Below, one piece after another: positions 11,348 through 23,858 of a stretch of 64,000 bases of DNA. The position numbers were made by a program, and so were the translations under genes. The stretch covers positions 13,888,001 to 13,952,000 of the forward strand of contig JBHGNT010000017.1 of NCBI GenBank assembly GCA_043228905.1, read 5' to 3'. Every line of letters starts with the position of its first letter. Position 1 is the first letter of the stretch. The notes beneath the pieces are model-generated. The model was not told the DNA's origin and did no database searches. It worked only from the letters and a program-made list of their open reading frames with translations. Source of the DNA: Azolla caroliniana. Taxonomy: Eukaryota; Plantae; Polypodiophyta.

Positions 11348-13487
11348 TCAAATAAAAAACAACCAAGTAACAAGTATGCATACCTTAATTTTCCTTTGAC
11401 TATCATGCGATATGTAATCTATTACCTCGTCTTCAGCAACAAGATCATCCAAATTCATTGTTAGTTCCGCATAACTGATGTGAAAATTATCTAACATTTG
11501 AACATTACATTCTTTTAAAACATTCATCCATGATCGAACGCACATTTCAGCTTTGAAAGTGCATGAATGTAGTTTTATCCTATTATCAAAGGTCATTTTT
11601 GCTGCCGAATTAGCCTCTTCAGCAGGTACTGATGATGCTGGTATACTGAGGTAATCACATGCCATCCTGTATAGTGAAGGCATTGCCGATTTATTATCAT
11701 TCCACCATTGTAAAGGATCCTTGTCCGTGCTAGCCGAAGGAAGTCTCATAAAGTGCTGAATTTCTGACTGTGAATCGGAAATAAGACTTTTATTATTTAC
11801 ACCCATTAACGTCCAAATTTTAGAATTCTTATCATTTTCATGTATTGTGGTTGAAGCCGAAGGTGGTTCAACATCACTCGAGAACGAGTGATAGTGGGAC
11901 TCAATCATGCTTTCAATCAACTTAATATCTAACTCTCTTTCTGTATGATTATTTGGAAGAGGCAATCTATCAAACAAATAAAACGGTTTTAAACTCAAAT
12001 AAAAAATCAGAAATCATGATGATAATTGTACGATATAAAGGTAAGCATTACCTGGGATCAAGAAACATTGCTATGCGAGATGGAATAGACTTTAACGATT
12101 CTTGATACTTAATTAAATATTGCAAGCAGTTCTCAGATGCTCTTTGAAGCACCTCTTGTGTGAATCTAGATGATCCTGGAAGCGAAGAATCTAAAAATTG
12201 ATTGCAATGATTTAGTAAACAATTATATGCTAGCGATGCTAGTGATAATGTAGGATATCTTGAGCCTCCCAGAAAAGTAGAAACCTCGGCCGGTGTATCT
12301 AGCCATTCCGCCATGGCATGTATGTGACTCCAATCTTCTCTGGTCAAGACATTACCATTGAAATCACTTGATATTGTTAAATCTGAAATTGTAAAGTTCA
12401 ATACATCTTTATCCTTGATAGATTGCCTAAACATTTCCAAGGTAGAATTCCATCTTGTAACAACATCGAGCCTTGGGGGTTCCCTTTCATGATGCTCAAC
12501 CATCCTAGCATACTTCCTAAACACTTCCCTTCGAACCTTGCTAGATCTAATAGTATGGAGCACTGTTCTCAACTTTTCTGTTGAGGGTGAGATAACCTCT
12601 AATGCTGCCTTGATACCCAACTGAAAAGTGTGAACCATACATCTTAACATATGTGATGGAGCCAAAATTTCCTTACCATGCTCATCTTGTAACAACATGC
12701 TCAACTCTTTTGCAGCTACTTGTGCATCACTCGCTCCATCAAAAATTGTAGCTAAGAGTCGACTAGAAATATCAAAGGATCGAAGTCGAGCAAAAAGGGC
12801 ATGTGCACAACGCTTCCCTGATCCAACACCTGGAAATACATGCACAAAATCCAATAACATTGACCTTGACCTTGCTGTTTCATGACATACCCAATGAAGT
12901 GTCACTGAGTAAAAGCCCTTCAAACTACTATTTGACCAACCATCAAATGTTATGGAAAATCTTGATTGGCATTTCGATAGCAAATCTATCACCTAACGAC
13001 GCAACACCACATACATTTCTAGGATAGAACGCTTAATTGTGCGTCTTGACTTTACTTGATATCCAGGTACAATTTGTTGCATGAACTCCTTAAATTCAGG
13101 TGATTCCACATGTGCATGGGGCAATGTTCCCTTCACAATATACTTCACGATGGCAGCATCAATTTTCTTCTCTAAAACATGAGATACTCTAGCTGACTCA
13201 ATTGAAGATTGAATGTGTTGTGATATACCTGAATTTTGGTCTGGGTCGCTTGATAAACGATGCTTTTCTGCTAAATGTTTGGCTATAGTGCCTGTGGATG
13301 TTGTAGAAGACCAACAAACATGGCAATGATGGCATCGTCGTCGAGGTGTGCCATTATCCATATAAAATATGATGTGAGCATCTGTCCATGATGTGCGTAG
13401 CCTTTTTCTTGAGCTACTTGTTGACCCACGACTAACATCAATTGAAGATGAGTTCATTGCAGCATCAATTTGAGATGATGATTCCAT
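11348..13487 (-). pseudogene. hAT transposase with BED zinc finger and one in-frame stop
   Basis: CHHC...KHLAEKH BED finger; TFDGWS, IFDGAS, RCMVH, TRWNST, FLDPR; C-terminal DPLQWW...DYLSIPASSVPAE dimerisation domain. In-frame TAG at 12993-12995; predicted intron 11967-12051, and probably another starting at 11383. Confidence 0.9.
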
Positions 13488-13699
13488 TTTATGGTGTCCT
13501 ATAAAATTCAATTAACTCAATTAGCACATTTCAAATACATTATAATGAGAAAAATAAATGAAGTAGAAAGTTTGCTAAGTTAGCTAAGAACAGTAAAACA
13601 ACCATTATGTCTAATGGCAAACATAGAAAGATAGACATGTTAACATAGAAAGATACATTGTTACATTGCTAAGTTAGCTCAACTTGGTGGCTTTTTGAG

Positions 13700-14140
13700 A
13701 TTCTTGGGGAGGCAAAGGATTTCAAGACCATAGAATTTCTCATGGAAGACATAGTTAAGGATCAAGTTAGTTTGATACTGAATGCTTTCACAGCTATTGC
13801 CAGGGTCTATGCTTATGTTGGAATGCTTGAAGCTTCTGTCACAGCCTTTGAAAGGATGGAGAAATATGATTGTATTCCCAATTCCCATACATTTAACATA
13901 ATGATTGATGCATTGGTGAAAGCAGGGTTTCCAAAGCAAGCTTATGGGATGTATGATAAGATGCTTCAGCATGTTTTGTTAACAAACTTGTATATATGTA
14001 ACCTTCTTGTTTATTCCTTCTAGCAAGAAGAGAAACCAGGAGATGTTGCATTATTTAAGATGATGAAAGAAAAGGGAGAAGTGCCCAACATAAACACTTA
14101 TAATTTCCTTGCCAATGGCCTTTCAAAAGCAGGTGAGGGA
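13700..14140 (+). pseudogene. Captured P-type pentatricopeptide repeat (PPR) gene fragment
   Basis: AFTAIARVYAYVGMLEASVTAFERMEKYDCIPN / HTFNIMIDALVKAGFPKQAYGMYDKM / MMKEKGEVPNINTYNFLANGLSKAG; contains a stop and a frameshift; lies inside the hAT TIRs. Confidence 0.85.
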
Positions 14141-15639
14141 AGATGTTAAGTTATGTGATTTAATCAAATTTAGTTATAATTAAATTTGAGAGAGAATTTT
14201 GGACCTATATTATGAAGCACCATAAGCCAAATCCCGAGTCTAATAAGCATAAAGATAATGTCAAGAGGAATCTTGTATATATAAATAATTCCATAGAGCA
14301 GTAAATCGCAATGAAACTAACATCCCATGCACTGAAGTTCTGGCTGCACAATACAATACAAATATAAAGTAAAGTATTGGGAACAGTGATAAGGGTTCGG
14401 CCCAATTTGTGAGAAACCAATTAAATGCAATGGAACTATATGTTATGGTGCACTATACAAATGTAATGCAGAGGAAACCCGGAAATGATAAGGTTTCAAT
14501 CCAATTTATTAAAAACGATGTGATAATAAATTCCACCATCAAGAGCATGATTTACTTCTCATACATGTCTAAAATGATCTTCAACTCATCAGTCAAAGAG
14601 AAGACTGCAATTTTTTCATGTTAACTAAAAGGAAAAACTTAGCCTGTGTTATGGATCATACCTGTGTTATGGAGAGTCTGGAGTCTGAAGAGCAATGAAG
14701 TGGTGATTGGAAGTGGTGATTGGTGGTTGCCGCCTCAGCCTGCACAATGCCGCCTGTGTAGTGCGCCTCCTGAATCCTTTCTGTTCGATAGTTGTGTCTG
14801 TCTGTCTGTAGATACACTGTAGTTTGTAGTATGTACTTACTACTACTAACTAGTATTAGGTCCATAGTAAAAATAAGAAGGGTATAATTTATAAAATAGA
14901 AAATTTAGGAAGGGTATAATTTATAAAATTGAAAATTTAGGGCTAGGGTAAGAACCTATAAACCTATAAACCGAACCAAATTAATAGAAACCGTTAAACC
15001 GATAAAACCGATAAACCGATAAACCGATAAATGTTAAACCGAACCGAACCGAAACCAAACCGAACTTTCATTCTTTAAACCAAACCAAACTCATTATATA
15101 ATTTTGAACCGATAAACCGTTAAGCCACGGTTTAACGGTTCGGTTCGGTTTGAGCCGAAACCGTGCCCATTGCTAGAGATGTCATAGAAGGATCGTCCCA
15201 CCAGGCCGAATCGGAGATTTGACAACTAGTCGAACCGGAAGACAAAGCCGAATCGACAAGGGTCGAAAAAGGCAAAGTCGACAAGGTGCAAATTGGAATC
15301 GACAGAGTCGACCCAACCGAAACACCCAAGGCCACAAAGAAAAATAGATCTGAGTCGGCTAAATCTCCTACCACTAAGTCAATCAATCCTGAAGAAGGGG
15401 AGGCTGATGAGACATCGCCGAAATCCTATCACAGGGGCAAGTCATCCAACATGACTCCTAATATAAGTGGTTCAACAAGTGTTGATCGATTGAAGGACTC
15501 GAATCGATCACTTCAACACCTAGGAGATCCAGACGAGTTCAAAGGCCAACATAGTTCTATGAACCGGGCCTTGACTACGTCAACTACACCGATGCAGGCG
15601 AACCAAGCACATACGACGAAACTATAGTCACATCGGACA

Positions 15640-17215
15640 TCGATACATGACTGATGTCTAATCCCTTTGTTGGATAGGTATTGTTTGAAGACTCGTGAGG
15701 TGTATTCTCCTCAGTTGTCGGATCAGAGTGTCTTCCCTCTGTATCCTAATCGGTTCTCCACTTTAGATGTCCATCGAGTGAAGACCTTGAGCGTTTCGTC
15801 TTTCAACCTTATTGAATAGGCCCAGACTTTCCGTGTACAATCACCTACAAATGTGATGAAGTACCAAGAACCACCTAGTGATCTCTCAGGCATAGGCCCA
15901 CATATATCTATGTGCACGAACTCTAGGGGTTGTCGACGTATCGTTTAGTAATGGAGAGAGTGCGAATTTCGGGTCTGTTTCCCATAGCGACAATGCTCGC
16001 AGAAGTCCGTCTTCACTTAGAGTTTCGGGATGTAGTCGACCGCCATTAGCCGATCAAGTCTAGCTTGAGACATATGGCCGAGTCGGCCATGCCATAAGTT
16101 CGGGTCGATATTTTCGGCTACGTTCACGGCCCCTTCTGGATTGATCGCCATCATTGGATACAAGTTATTGTACTTGTGTTTGTTCCCAATCTTTAGATTT
16201 CCTCGGTTGATCATCCATGTCGACTCACTAAGAGTCGTTCTGTACCCATCTTCGGTAGCATGCCGATGGAGACCAAACTCCTTTTTAGTGCGGGTAGATG
16301 CCGAACTTGGTGTAGGGTGATCATATTGCCATTTGACAGTTGGATTGGTACTTCTCCAATTCCTGCCCATTGCCTAGTCAGACTATGTTGTTGTTGGATT
16401 GGTACAATCTTGCCCATTGCCTAGTCGGATTGTGTCGTTGGCTTCAGCCGAATAGCTCGAAAACCATTTGATGTTTGGGGTTACGTGGAATGTGGCACCG
16501 GAGTCCAATAACCACGTATGTGCATCTTGCGCACTGCAGAGAACTTCTCCAATCAAAGAGTCTTCTAAGGAGAGGATTTATCTCGATCGGGTGTTAGCAA
16601 TGTTGACTTAGTTGCCAATTGGAGAGGGGTTCGAGTCGAATTGTCCTCGATTCCACTCGGATCACCGACCACTCTCTTTCCTCTTGATCGACTAGCAGTC
16701 GGAAACATTGTGACCGACTTTTTTGCAATGAGTGCAGAATTCGCCCGACCGACTCGTTCTCGACTTTGACCGTTGTCAGTCTCCCCTCATTTTCGATCGA
16801 CTATGATTTCGACCAGTTTTGTCGGCTTGTTCTCTCGATCGACTCAATTGGTCGATCGACTCGGTCGAGTGGTGGGCTTCTACCGACTCGTCAATGGTGA
16901 GTCCCATCGATTTTCGTCTAATATCCTCAGTGAGGACTTAGCCAACTATTTCCTCTAGATTTAGATTTGGTCGGCTATTGGCAAATGTCGTATGTCGTGC
17001 AGAATACTTCCCAACTCGCCGGCAAGCTCAATAGGAGGGCAAGGGCTTTCACTTCTTCTTCGAAGTTGATCCCTTGTGAGGAGAGTTCAAACAACACCCG
17101 GCTGAAGGTGTTGATGTGGGAGGTGGCTAGATGGGTCTCTCTTATCTTCATGTTGAATAGTCGTTTTGATGATGAGGACTCCTCATACACATCCTGTAAC
17201 CTCTCCCATAGTGTT
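15640..17215 (-). pseudogene. Degenerate Ty1/copia gag-protease-integrase
   Basis: KALALLLSLPASW (gag), CTHCKKVGHNVSDC zinc knuckle, WLLDSGATFHVT protease, LWHGRLGHMS, HIDICGPM...YFITFVGDCTRKVW integrase; many stops and frameshifts. Confidence 0.9.
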
Positions 17216-18494
17216 ATTTCGTTCTCTCTCTCTCTCTCTCTAACTCTACACTCCAAGATTCAAATCTCTATGTTACAACGTTAGGTTAGAGCTTATATAC
17301 TCAAGCCCTAACTATTGGACGTGTTCACACTAGTAAGGATACAAAGTGGAAGGAGTCGGCCTTTTATGCCAACAAATCAAACTATTCTAATTTTGATCTT
17401 TATAAGACAAAAAATTTCTATCTCCTTGATTTCACATTATTGCAATCTATTTTTAGATTTAATCGAGATAGTTATTGTTTACTCTAGTTATACACGTGTG
17501 GATGTTTTATTCAATGGAACACATGATTCTCCAAGGACGTTAAAATATGGTGTAGCTTTGAGGTTTAAAATTATCCTTGTCTTTCAACATTTTAATCTCA
17601 ATTCAATTGAACATAGGTAAAGGTGTTAAAAACGTACATGTTCACAAAGATTGGGAAGATCGTGTGATCGCAACTTTGTTTCACATTTCATCTCAGTACA
17701 ATTTGCTCATGTTTTCTATCACGGATTCAAAAGGTTTGCTTAGCAAACTTCCCATGTCATTATTCTATGCACCAACTACTTGAGGAGCGTGTTGAAGTTC
17801 GTAACACACATACTATTGTGAACAATTTGCCCTCCTCAAAGAGATGCAACTATAAAGGCAATCCAGATATTAAATTACCTCTGGTTCGGCCATGAGTTAA
17901 GGTTAAGTTTTAAAGAGGTCATGTCTCCCCACATAAACCAAATGGTTTGCTTTAAACATTTAATAGGAAAAATTTGGATAAGGTTTAATGCTTAGTCCAT
18001 GTGACTTGACACATTAGAAAGACAAACATTATTGCCAAAGTTATGATTACATCCAATGAAAAACTAAAACTTCAGATCTATCCCTGAGCAATCATATGAT
18101 GATGAGATCCGAACCATTTTCAAACAAGCCAAAATTAAAGCCCTAATTAAGCCAATACCATTTGAAGAAAATTGGCAAAGATTCAGAATTACTCTTAATA
18201 GTTAACACTAGAAGAATAAGTATGTAACTCATCAATGAACACTGCGACATACCAATATAATCAAGCATCATACAACATCATCTCATCATTTAACACATTT
18301 CACAGGAAAAATATTTGAATTTGTTGGCCTCATCTATGAATCCTTTTGACACACTAAGTTGTTGAAACAAATGTGTATGCAAACATACATTAACATTATA
18401 CAAGATATCGACCAATGTCAGCAAAGTGATTTCAGGCAAGAACACTGCTGCTATTTTAGCCAAACTTCAATTCCCGATCACATTAAACAGAAAA

Positions 18495-19817
18495 CTAGAG
18501 CTCAAATTCATCATCTTTTAGTGCTTCAAGAGCTGCTTCCTCCTCCTCTTCATCAAGCACAAAATAGGGATTATGAGGCACAGGACGAAACTTATACCCA
18601 GTGAAGATGTAGAAAGCCAGAGTAGCTGTTTCTCTTGCAAGTTCACTCACCCATGTATAATGGTATGAAGTCACAGTTTGCAACGCGAATACCACTATTC
18701 TCGTAAAGTATATATATGCCACAACCACCACGTAATACTGCCTGAAAAGTGTTAGCTTCACAAGATTCTTTGCAGCCTTTCCATCAGTGCGAGCCGCCTC
18801 ACGTAGATGTTTAATCGACCATACAATAGGAAACAGCACTGCGCAGCAACAAACCACATCTACAAGCAAGAAGAGTTGGGTCCAAGTAATCCAGTTTTTG
18901 TCTGACAATCCTGCTTCGCCAATCACTACACTTGCAATATTTGCAATTACTTGTAATGGAATTACAACCATAAGGACTTTCTTTTCCTTCCCTTGCAAAT
19001 ACGGCTTCAGAAATGACCACCCAGTGCCAATAAGTACTATCACAGCAAAGAGCATTACTCCTTTCAAGAAGCTGAAAGCATAGAATGGCACATCCCATCC
19101 ATGCGGAGTCCCTGTCTTCTTTATATAAAACTTCTCTTCAGCATCGGAAAACATATAGAGAGCTTTAAGAACAACAAGCACGCCCATAAGGATGTGGATT
19201 CTATGAGCCGTTAATTTCTGTTTCACACATATGTAAATCCAAACACCCGCTAATAAGAAGTAAATCCAAAAGAAGGAGAAATAGAGGGCTGGAAGTTGTG
19301 TTTCGCCTTCAGATAAATAATCCTTAGTCTTACCTTCCATGTTATAAATCTTAGTTTTCACTGACATCGACACACTCACTCCTTCTAGGCAGTTTGCAAA
19401 CATAAGTGTGTATCGATTAGCTCCCGGCGCCCTATAGGTGTCATTATATTTGTTTGTTTTCTTTTCTTGCAAGCTGGCAAAGGTGAATAAAGGGTGGATC
19501 GATGAGCTTTGTAGTACACATTCGATGGATTTCTCTTCTAGTTCTCTGCTTACTTGAATCCAATCATCTTCTGTGGCTAGAAAGAAACCCATGTATGTAA
19601 GTGGAAACTTACTAGCTTGTGAACTTTTCCATTCCACATCCTCCACAAATATCTCTAGAAAACCTGCCCTTGTATAACCAAACATTTCTAGTGTGATTAA
19701 ACCTCTGTTATCATCATTAATGATGAGATGATCTATTCCTGCTTGTCCCATTTGTATCCATTGTGAAGAAACAAATATGATTGCAGTTATCCACAAAATC
19801 CATCTATTTGTTTCCAT
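18495..19817 (-). CDS. GPR107/GPR108-like lung seven-transmembrane receptor family protein (CAND6/7-like), single coding exon, 440 aa
   Basis: Signal peptide, DYLSEGETQLP, IVLIGTGWSFLKPYLQGKEKKVLMVVIPLQV, VDVVCCCAVLFPIVWSI, KLTLFRQYY, FRPVPHNPYF, acidic tail; start placed at METNRW. Confidence 0.93.
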   Translation of the reverse strand: METNRWILWITAIIFVSSQWIQMGQAGIDHLIINDDNRGLITLEMFGYTRAGFLEIFVEDVEWKSSQASKFPLTYMGFFLATEDDWIQVSRELEEKSIECVLQSSSIHPLFTFASLQEKKTNKYNDTYRAPGANRYTLMFANCLEGVSVSMSVKTKIYNMEGKTKDYLSEGETQLPALYFSFFWIYFLLAGVWIYICVKQKLTAHRIHILMGVLVVLKALYMFSDAEEKFYIKKTGTPHGWDVPFYAFSFLKGVMLFAVIVLIGTGWSFLKPYLQGKEKKVLMVVIPLQVIANIASVVIGEAGLSDKNWITWTQLFLLVDVVCCCAVLFPIVWSIKHLREAARTDGKAAKNLVKLTLFRQYYVVVVAYIYFTRIVVFALQTVTSYHYTWVSELARETATLAFYIFTGYKFRPVPHNPYFVLDEEEEEAALEALKDDEFEL

Positions 19818-20808
19818 CTCATAAAAGCTTATGTCAACGTGGAAACCCAAATAAAGATCTACTTTGCACAGAAATAACCTGTGTCCTACGCAATGCTTCT
19901 TTCCCTGTGTTAAAGATATGAAGTAAGTGAAAATCATCAGACATGAGTCAAAAACACAAACTTTGTAAATACGAGAATTGGTTATAAAAAAGGCCTAGAT
20001 GTGGTCGTATAAATCCTCGGACGTGGTCATATACATGCCTATAAGTGGTCATATATGAATCACTACATGCAATCATATAATTATGGTGATTAAATGATTA
20101 TTATATTTCAATTATATATGTAGAGACGCAACTGCGCTCATATAATGAACTAAATGTGATCAAATAACCGTGGTGGTGTAAATGCCTATATTTCAATCAT
20201 GTAAAGACATAAATGTGGTCGAATTAATGACCTTAATGTGGCCATGCAAATCCCTACATTTCAATAATATGATCGCCAAAATACCTATCTGAATGTGACG
20301 ATCTACACTCCTTACTTTGCAATCATATGTTGGGAGTAAACGGGGTTATGCTAAGCCTCGACAGAGATTAGCAAGCTCAGTTTTTTCAGACAGAAAAACA
20401 CGAGGGAAATTCTTTATCTTTCGGTCATATGGGGGGCCAAGAAGTGGTTAGGGACGGTGGTAAAAATAAATAAATAAGACCCATTAGGGTTTCCAATCGT
20501 ACGCTCTGCGTTATGAAAAGAGAACGACAGATCGATCCAATCGGAAACAACGCACAGAGCAGAGAGGAGGAAAGGGAAAAAAGAAAAGAAAAGAAGAACA
20601 GGGGTCATGGAGGAGCACTTACTTTCTTTCTTTCTTTCTCTGTGCGGAGCGATCTCTGAGCCTCGGTCTGCGACTGTTGTCTCTGTGTTGTTCACTCTTC
20701 ATGGTATATTTTCTCCTCTGTTTCCCATGTGTTCTCTGGTGTGGCATATTCTGAAACATATTTACAAAAGTAGCCCCTCCCTCCCTTTCTTCACCTCATG
20801 GAAGAAGC

Positions 20809-22290
20809 TAGCAATGGGACCGGTTCGGTTCGGTTTCTTTGCCTTGAAACCAAACTGAACTGAACCAAACCATTTATATAAAACAAAAGCCAAACCAAAC
20901 CATTTAAGAAAAGGTAAACCAAACTATTTAAACCAAAACGAAGCAAACCAAACCATTTATATAAAACAAAAGCCAAACCAAACCAAACCGTTTATGAACT
21001 TTAAAGCTATTAAACCAAACCATTTAAGAAAAGGTAAACCAAACTATTTAAACCAAAACGAAGCAAACCAAACCATTTATATAAAACAAAAGTCAAACCA
21101 AACCAAACCGTTTATGAACTTTAAAGCCATTAAACCAAACCATTTAAGAAAAGGTAAACCAAACTATTTAAACCAAAACGAAGTAAACCAAACCATTTAT
21201 ATAAAACAAAAGCCAAACCAAACCGTTTATAAACTTTAAAGCCATTAAACCAATCCATTTAAGAAAAGGTAAACCAAACTATTTAAACTAAAAACGTTTA
21301 GGGAAAAGTTGAAACCAGCCATTTAATAAAAGATTTAAACATAATCACATTTAAGCTAAATTAATTAAAATATATTAAATTAAATTAGCATTTATGTTTA
21401 ATCAATTAAATAGATAAATAAGCATTAGTTATACCATTAAATTTATATAAAATAAAAACCAAACCAAACTGTTTATGAACTTTCAAGCTATTGAACCAAA
21501 CCATTTAAAGAAAGGTAAACCAAACTATTTAAACCAAAAACGTTTAGGGAAAAGTTAAAACCAAACCGAGCCATTTAATAAAAAATTTAAACATGATCAC
21601 ATTTAAGCCAAATTAATTAAAAAATTAAGTAAATTAAATAAACATTATGTTTAATTAATTAAATAGATAAACAAGCATTAATTACGCCATTAAATTTATA
21701 TAAAACAAAAACCAACCAAACCGTTTATGAACTTTCAAGACATTAAACTAAACCATTTAATAAAAGGTAAACCAACCTATTTAAACCAGAACCGTTTAGG
21801 GAAAAGTTAAAACCAAACCGACCCATTTAATAAAAAATTTAAACCTAATCACATTTAAGTCAAACCAATTAAATAAATTAAAATACATTAAATTAAATAA
21901 ACCTTTATGTTTAATTAGTTAAATAAATAAATAAGCATTAAATTACACCATTAGATTAAATCAATATTTAAGTTAAGTGAATTAAATCAATAAAAAACAT
22001 TAATTAAACTATTAAATTACATAAACATTTATGGGATAAAAAAAGTTAGCCTATAAACCACTTAAACCGATAAACCCCAATTTCAAAACCAAACCAAGCC
22101 GTTTATTAATAATTAAAATTAAACCAAACCATTTAATTATTTGGGAACTTATAAACCTTTAAATTATGGCTTAGTGGTTCGGTTCGACTTGAGAGTGTCA
22201 AACCTAAACCGTTTAAAAATTTTGAAACTTGACCGAATCGAACTGAACCACGAAATTGTTAAACCAAACCGTTAAAACTAGTTTAGTTCT
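20809..22290. mobile_element. Non-autonomous derivative of the same hAT family (left TIR only) with amplified AAACC subterminal repeats
   Basis: Starts TAGCAATGGGACCGGTTCGG like the 10509 TIR; about 120-bp tandem units at 20897, 21017, 21137 and 21253, then about 240-bp units; right TIR not found. Confidence 0.75.
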
Positions 22291-22943
22291 GGTTTTTTCA
22301 ACTTAGATCAAAATTCAAATTTTAAATTTTAAAATATTTCATTATTTTAAATTTTAATTTCATATGTCAATTTCTACAACCTCCATCTTGCGTTGAGGCA
22401 ATACAAACATTAATGAACTTCTTTAGTAGGAAATTTTCCTCACTAGAAGATTATCTTCACCATTCTAGAATCTCTCTCCACACATTCTTTTTTTTTTGTA
22501 AAAGCACACAATTATATTAATTGTATGTAAAATCCACTTAGTTACAACACTTCTTACTCTTTTCTACCTATCATATGCCTATGTAGGGAGAGGGGTGTCC
22601 TATAATGCAATATTAAAAAACCTAAATATGCATTTGAGGAAATGATCCCCACATGCTCTAACATCCAAAAATTTCACATGAGAATACCTTTTAGCTTCTT
22701 TATATAGGCTTTCACCACATGTCTATTATTGAGGTCTCAAAAAACAACGGGTTAAAACTTGCCAAATGTCCAATAAGTACTTCTAAATGGTACACGTTAT
22801 AGGACATTTAATGAACCTATGTGTATTGTTCTTCAATGGAACGGTGCAAAAAAAACAAGTGTCAAACCCTAGTCCTCGTCTCTTTAAGACCGAACCTAAT
22901 GGGAGCCCACCGATCATGACTCTCCATATCAGGTGGATCAACG

Positions 22944-22989
<46 letters not shown>

Positions 22990-23082
22990 TTTTATTCTAC
23001 TATTTATTGTAATTACCTTACCCTACTGGTAAGCTGTTAGCACTACAAGCACTATGTTGTGGGTTCAAAACCCAACTTCCTT

Positions 23083-23203
23083 ACCTCTCTATTATATACT
23101 TCTTATATATCTCCTAATTCACTAGATGCCACTGTGGAATGTAGGGGTTAAACCCATGACCACCTAGGCTCCACTAGGCAATCTTACCATTTGAGCTACA
23201 TCC
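23083..23203 (-). mobile_element. tRNA-derived SINE copy
   Basis: GGATGTAGCTCAAATGGTAAG...GGGTTTAACCCCTACATTCCACAGTGGCATCTAGTGAA, homologous to 48695-48812. Confidence 0.7.
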
Positions 23204-23777
23204 ATTGTCTCTTTCTCCTTTTCTCTCTCTCTATCTTTTATATCCTTATCTCATGCTTACATTAAAATCTAGCTCTAACAATACAACCCTTTCTCATTGA
23301 CAATTTTATTATTTACCATATTGTGGTGTCCCTTTCATGCAAGAGCATGCATTTGAACACACCACTCTTTTAGCCACTCCCGTTTAGCACATCACCCATT
23401 TTAGCCCACCCTTTTAGCACACCATTTTGGGACACTTGTAGCTAGGCCGTCCCAAAATGGGTTCTTTGTATCTTCTATATATTGAATGATAAGTATGAAG
23501 CTAGCTAGACTGGTTTTGATCTCTTATGTGCATTTCACAATATTAAAAGAGAATGCGGCGTGATCTCACAAAAGACTTTGTAGATAAGTTAGGTTAAATT
23601 ATGTCAACTCCTATTGCAATGGTCCCTCTAAAAGGAGAATCCTAATTTTACTTAAACCCATAGTCCCTCTAGCATATAGCTCATTATACTAATTCCACAT
23701 CAAGTACATGATTCCATGCCTACCCTCAAGTAGTCTATTAGACAACAAACATGTTTTCATTAATTTAACTTGAACCA

Positions 23778-23858
23778 TGATAATAGTGGGATTCGAACCC
23801 ACGTCCTTTACGTAAGGAATCTGAATCTGGCACCTTTGACTAACTTGGCCATCTTATC
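23778..23858 (-). pseudogene. tRNA-Leu(CAG)-like pseudogene
   Basis: GATAAGATGGCCAAGTTAGTCAAAGGTGCCAGATTCAGATTCC...GTGGGTTCGAATCCCACTATTATCA; acceptor and T arms pair, but the 3' strand of the anticodon stem and the D-loop GG are disrupted. Confidence 0.65.

Larger units (their letters stand above)
10509..15175 (-). mobile_element. hAT DNA transposon, complete ends
   Basis: 17-bp TIRs TAGCAATGGGC(G/A)CGGTT; 8-bp TSD GAGATGTC (10501-10508 and 15176-15183); AAACC(G/A) subterminal repeats; transposase inside. Confidence 0.95.

Noticed and set aside
19818-19937. 40-aa N-terminal extension of the GPR107-like ORF
   Set aside because: Upstream of the signal peptide and spans a likely 5'-UTR intron acceptor.
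20994-21239. 81-aa ORF with an internal peptide repeat
   Set aside because: Translation of the 120-bp hAT-derived tandem repeat.
23778-23858. Functional tRNA-Leu gene
   Set aside because: Anticodon stem cannot form; kept only as a pseudogene.
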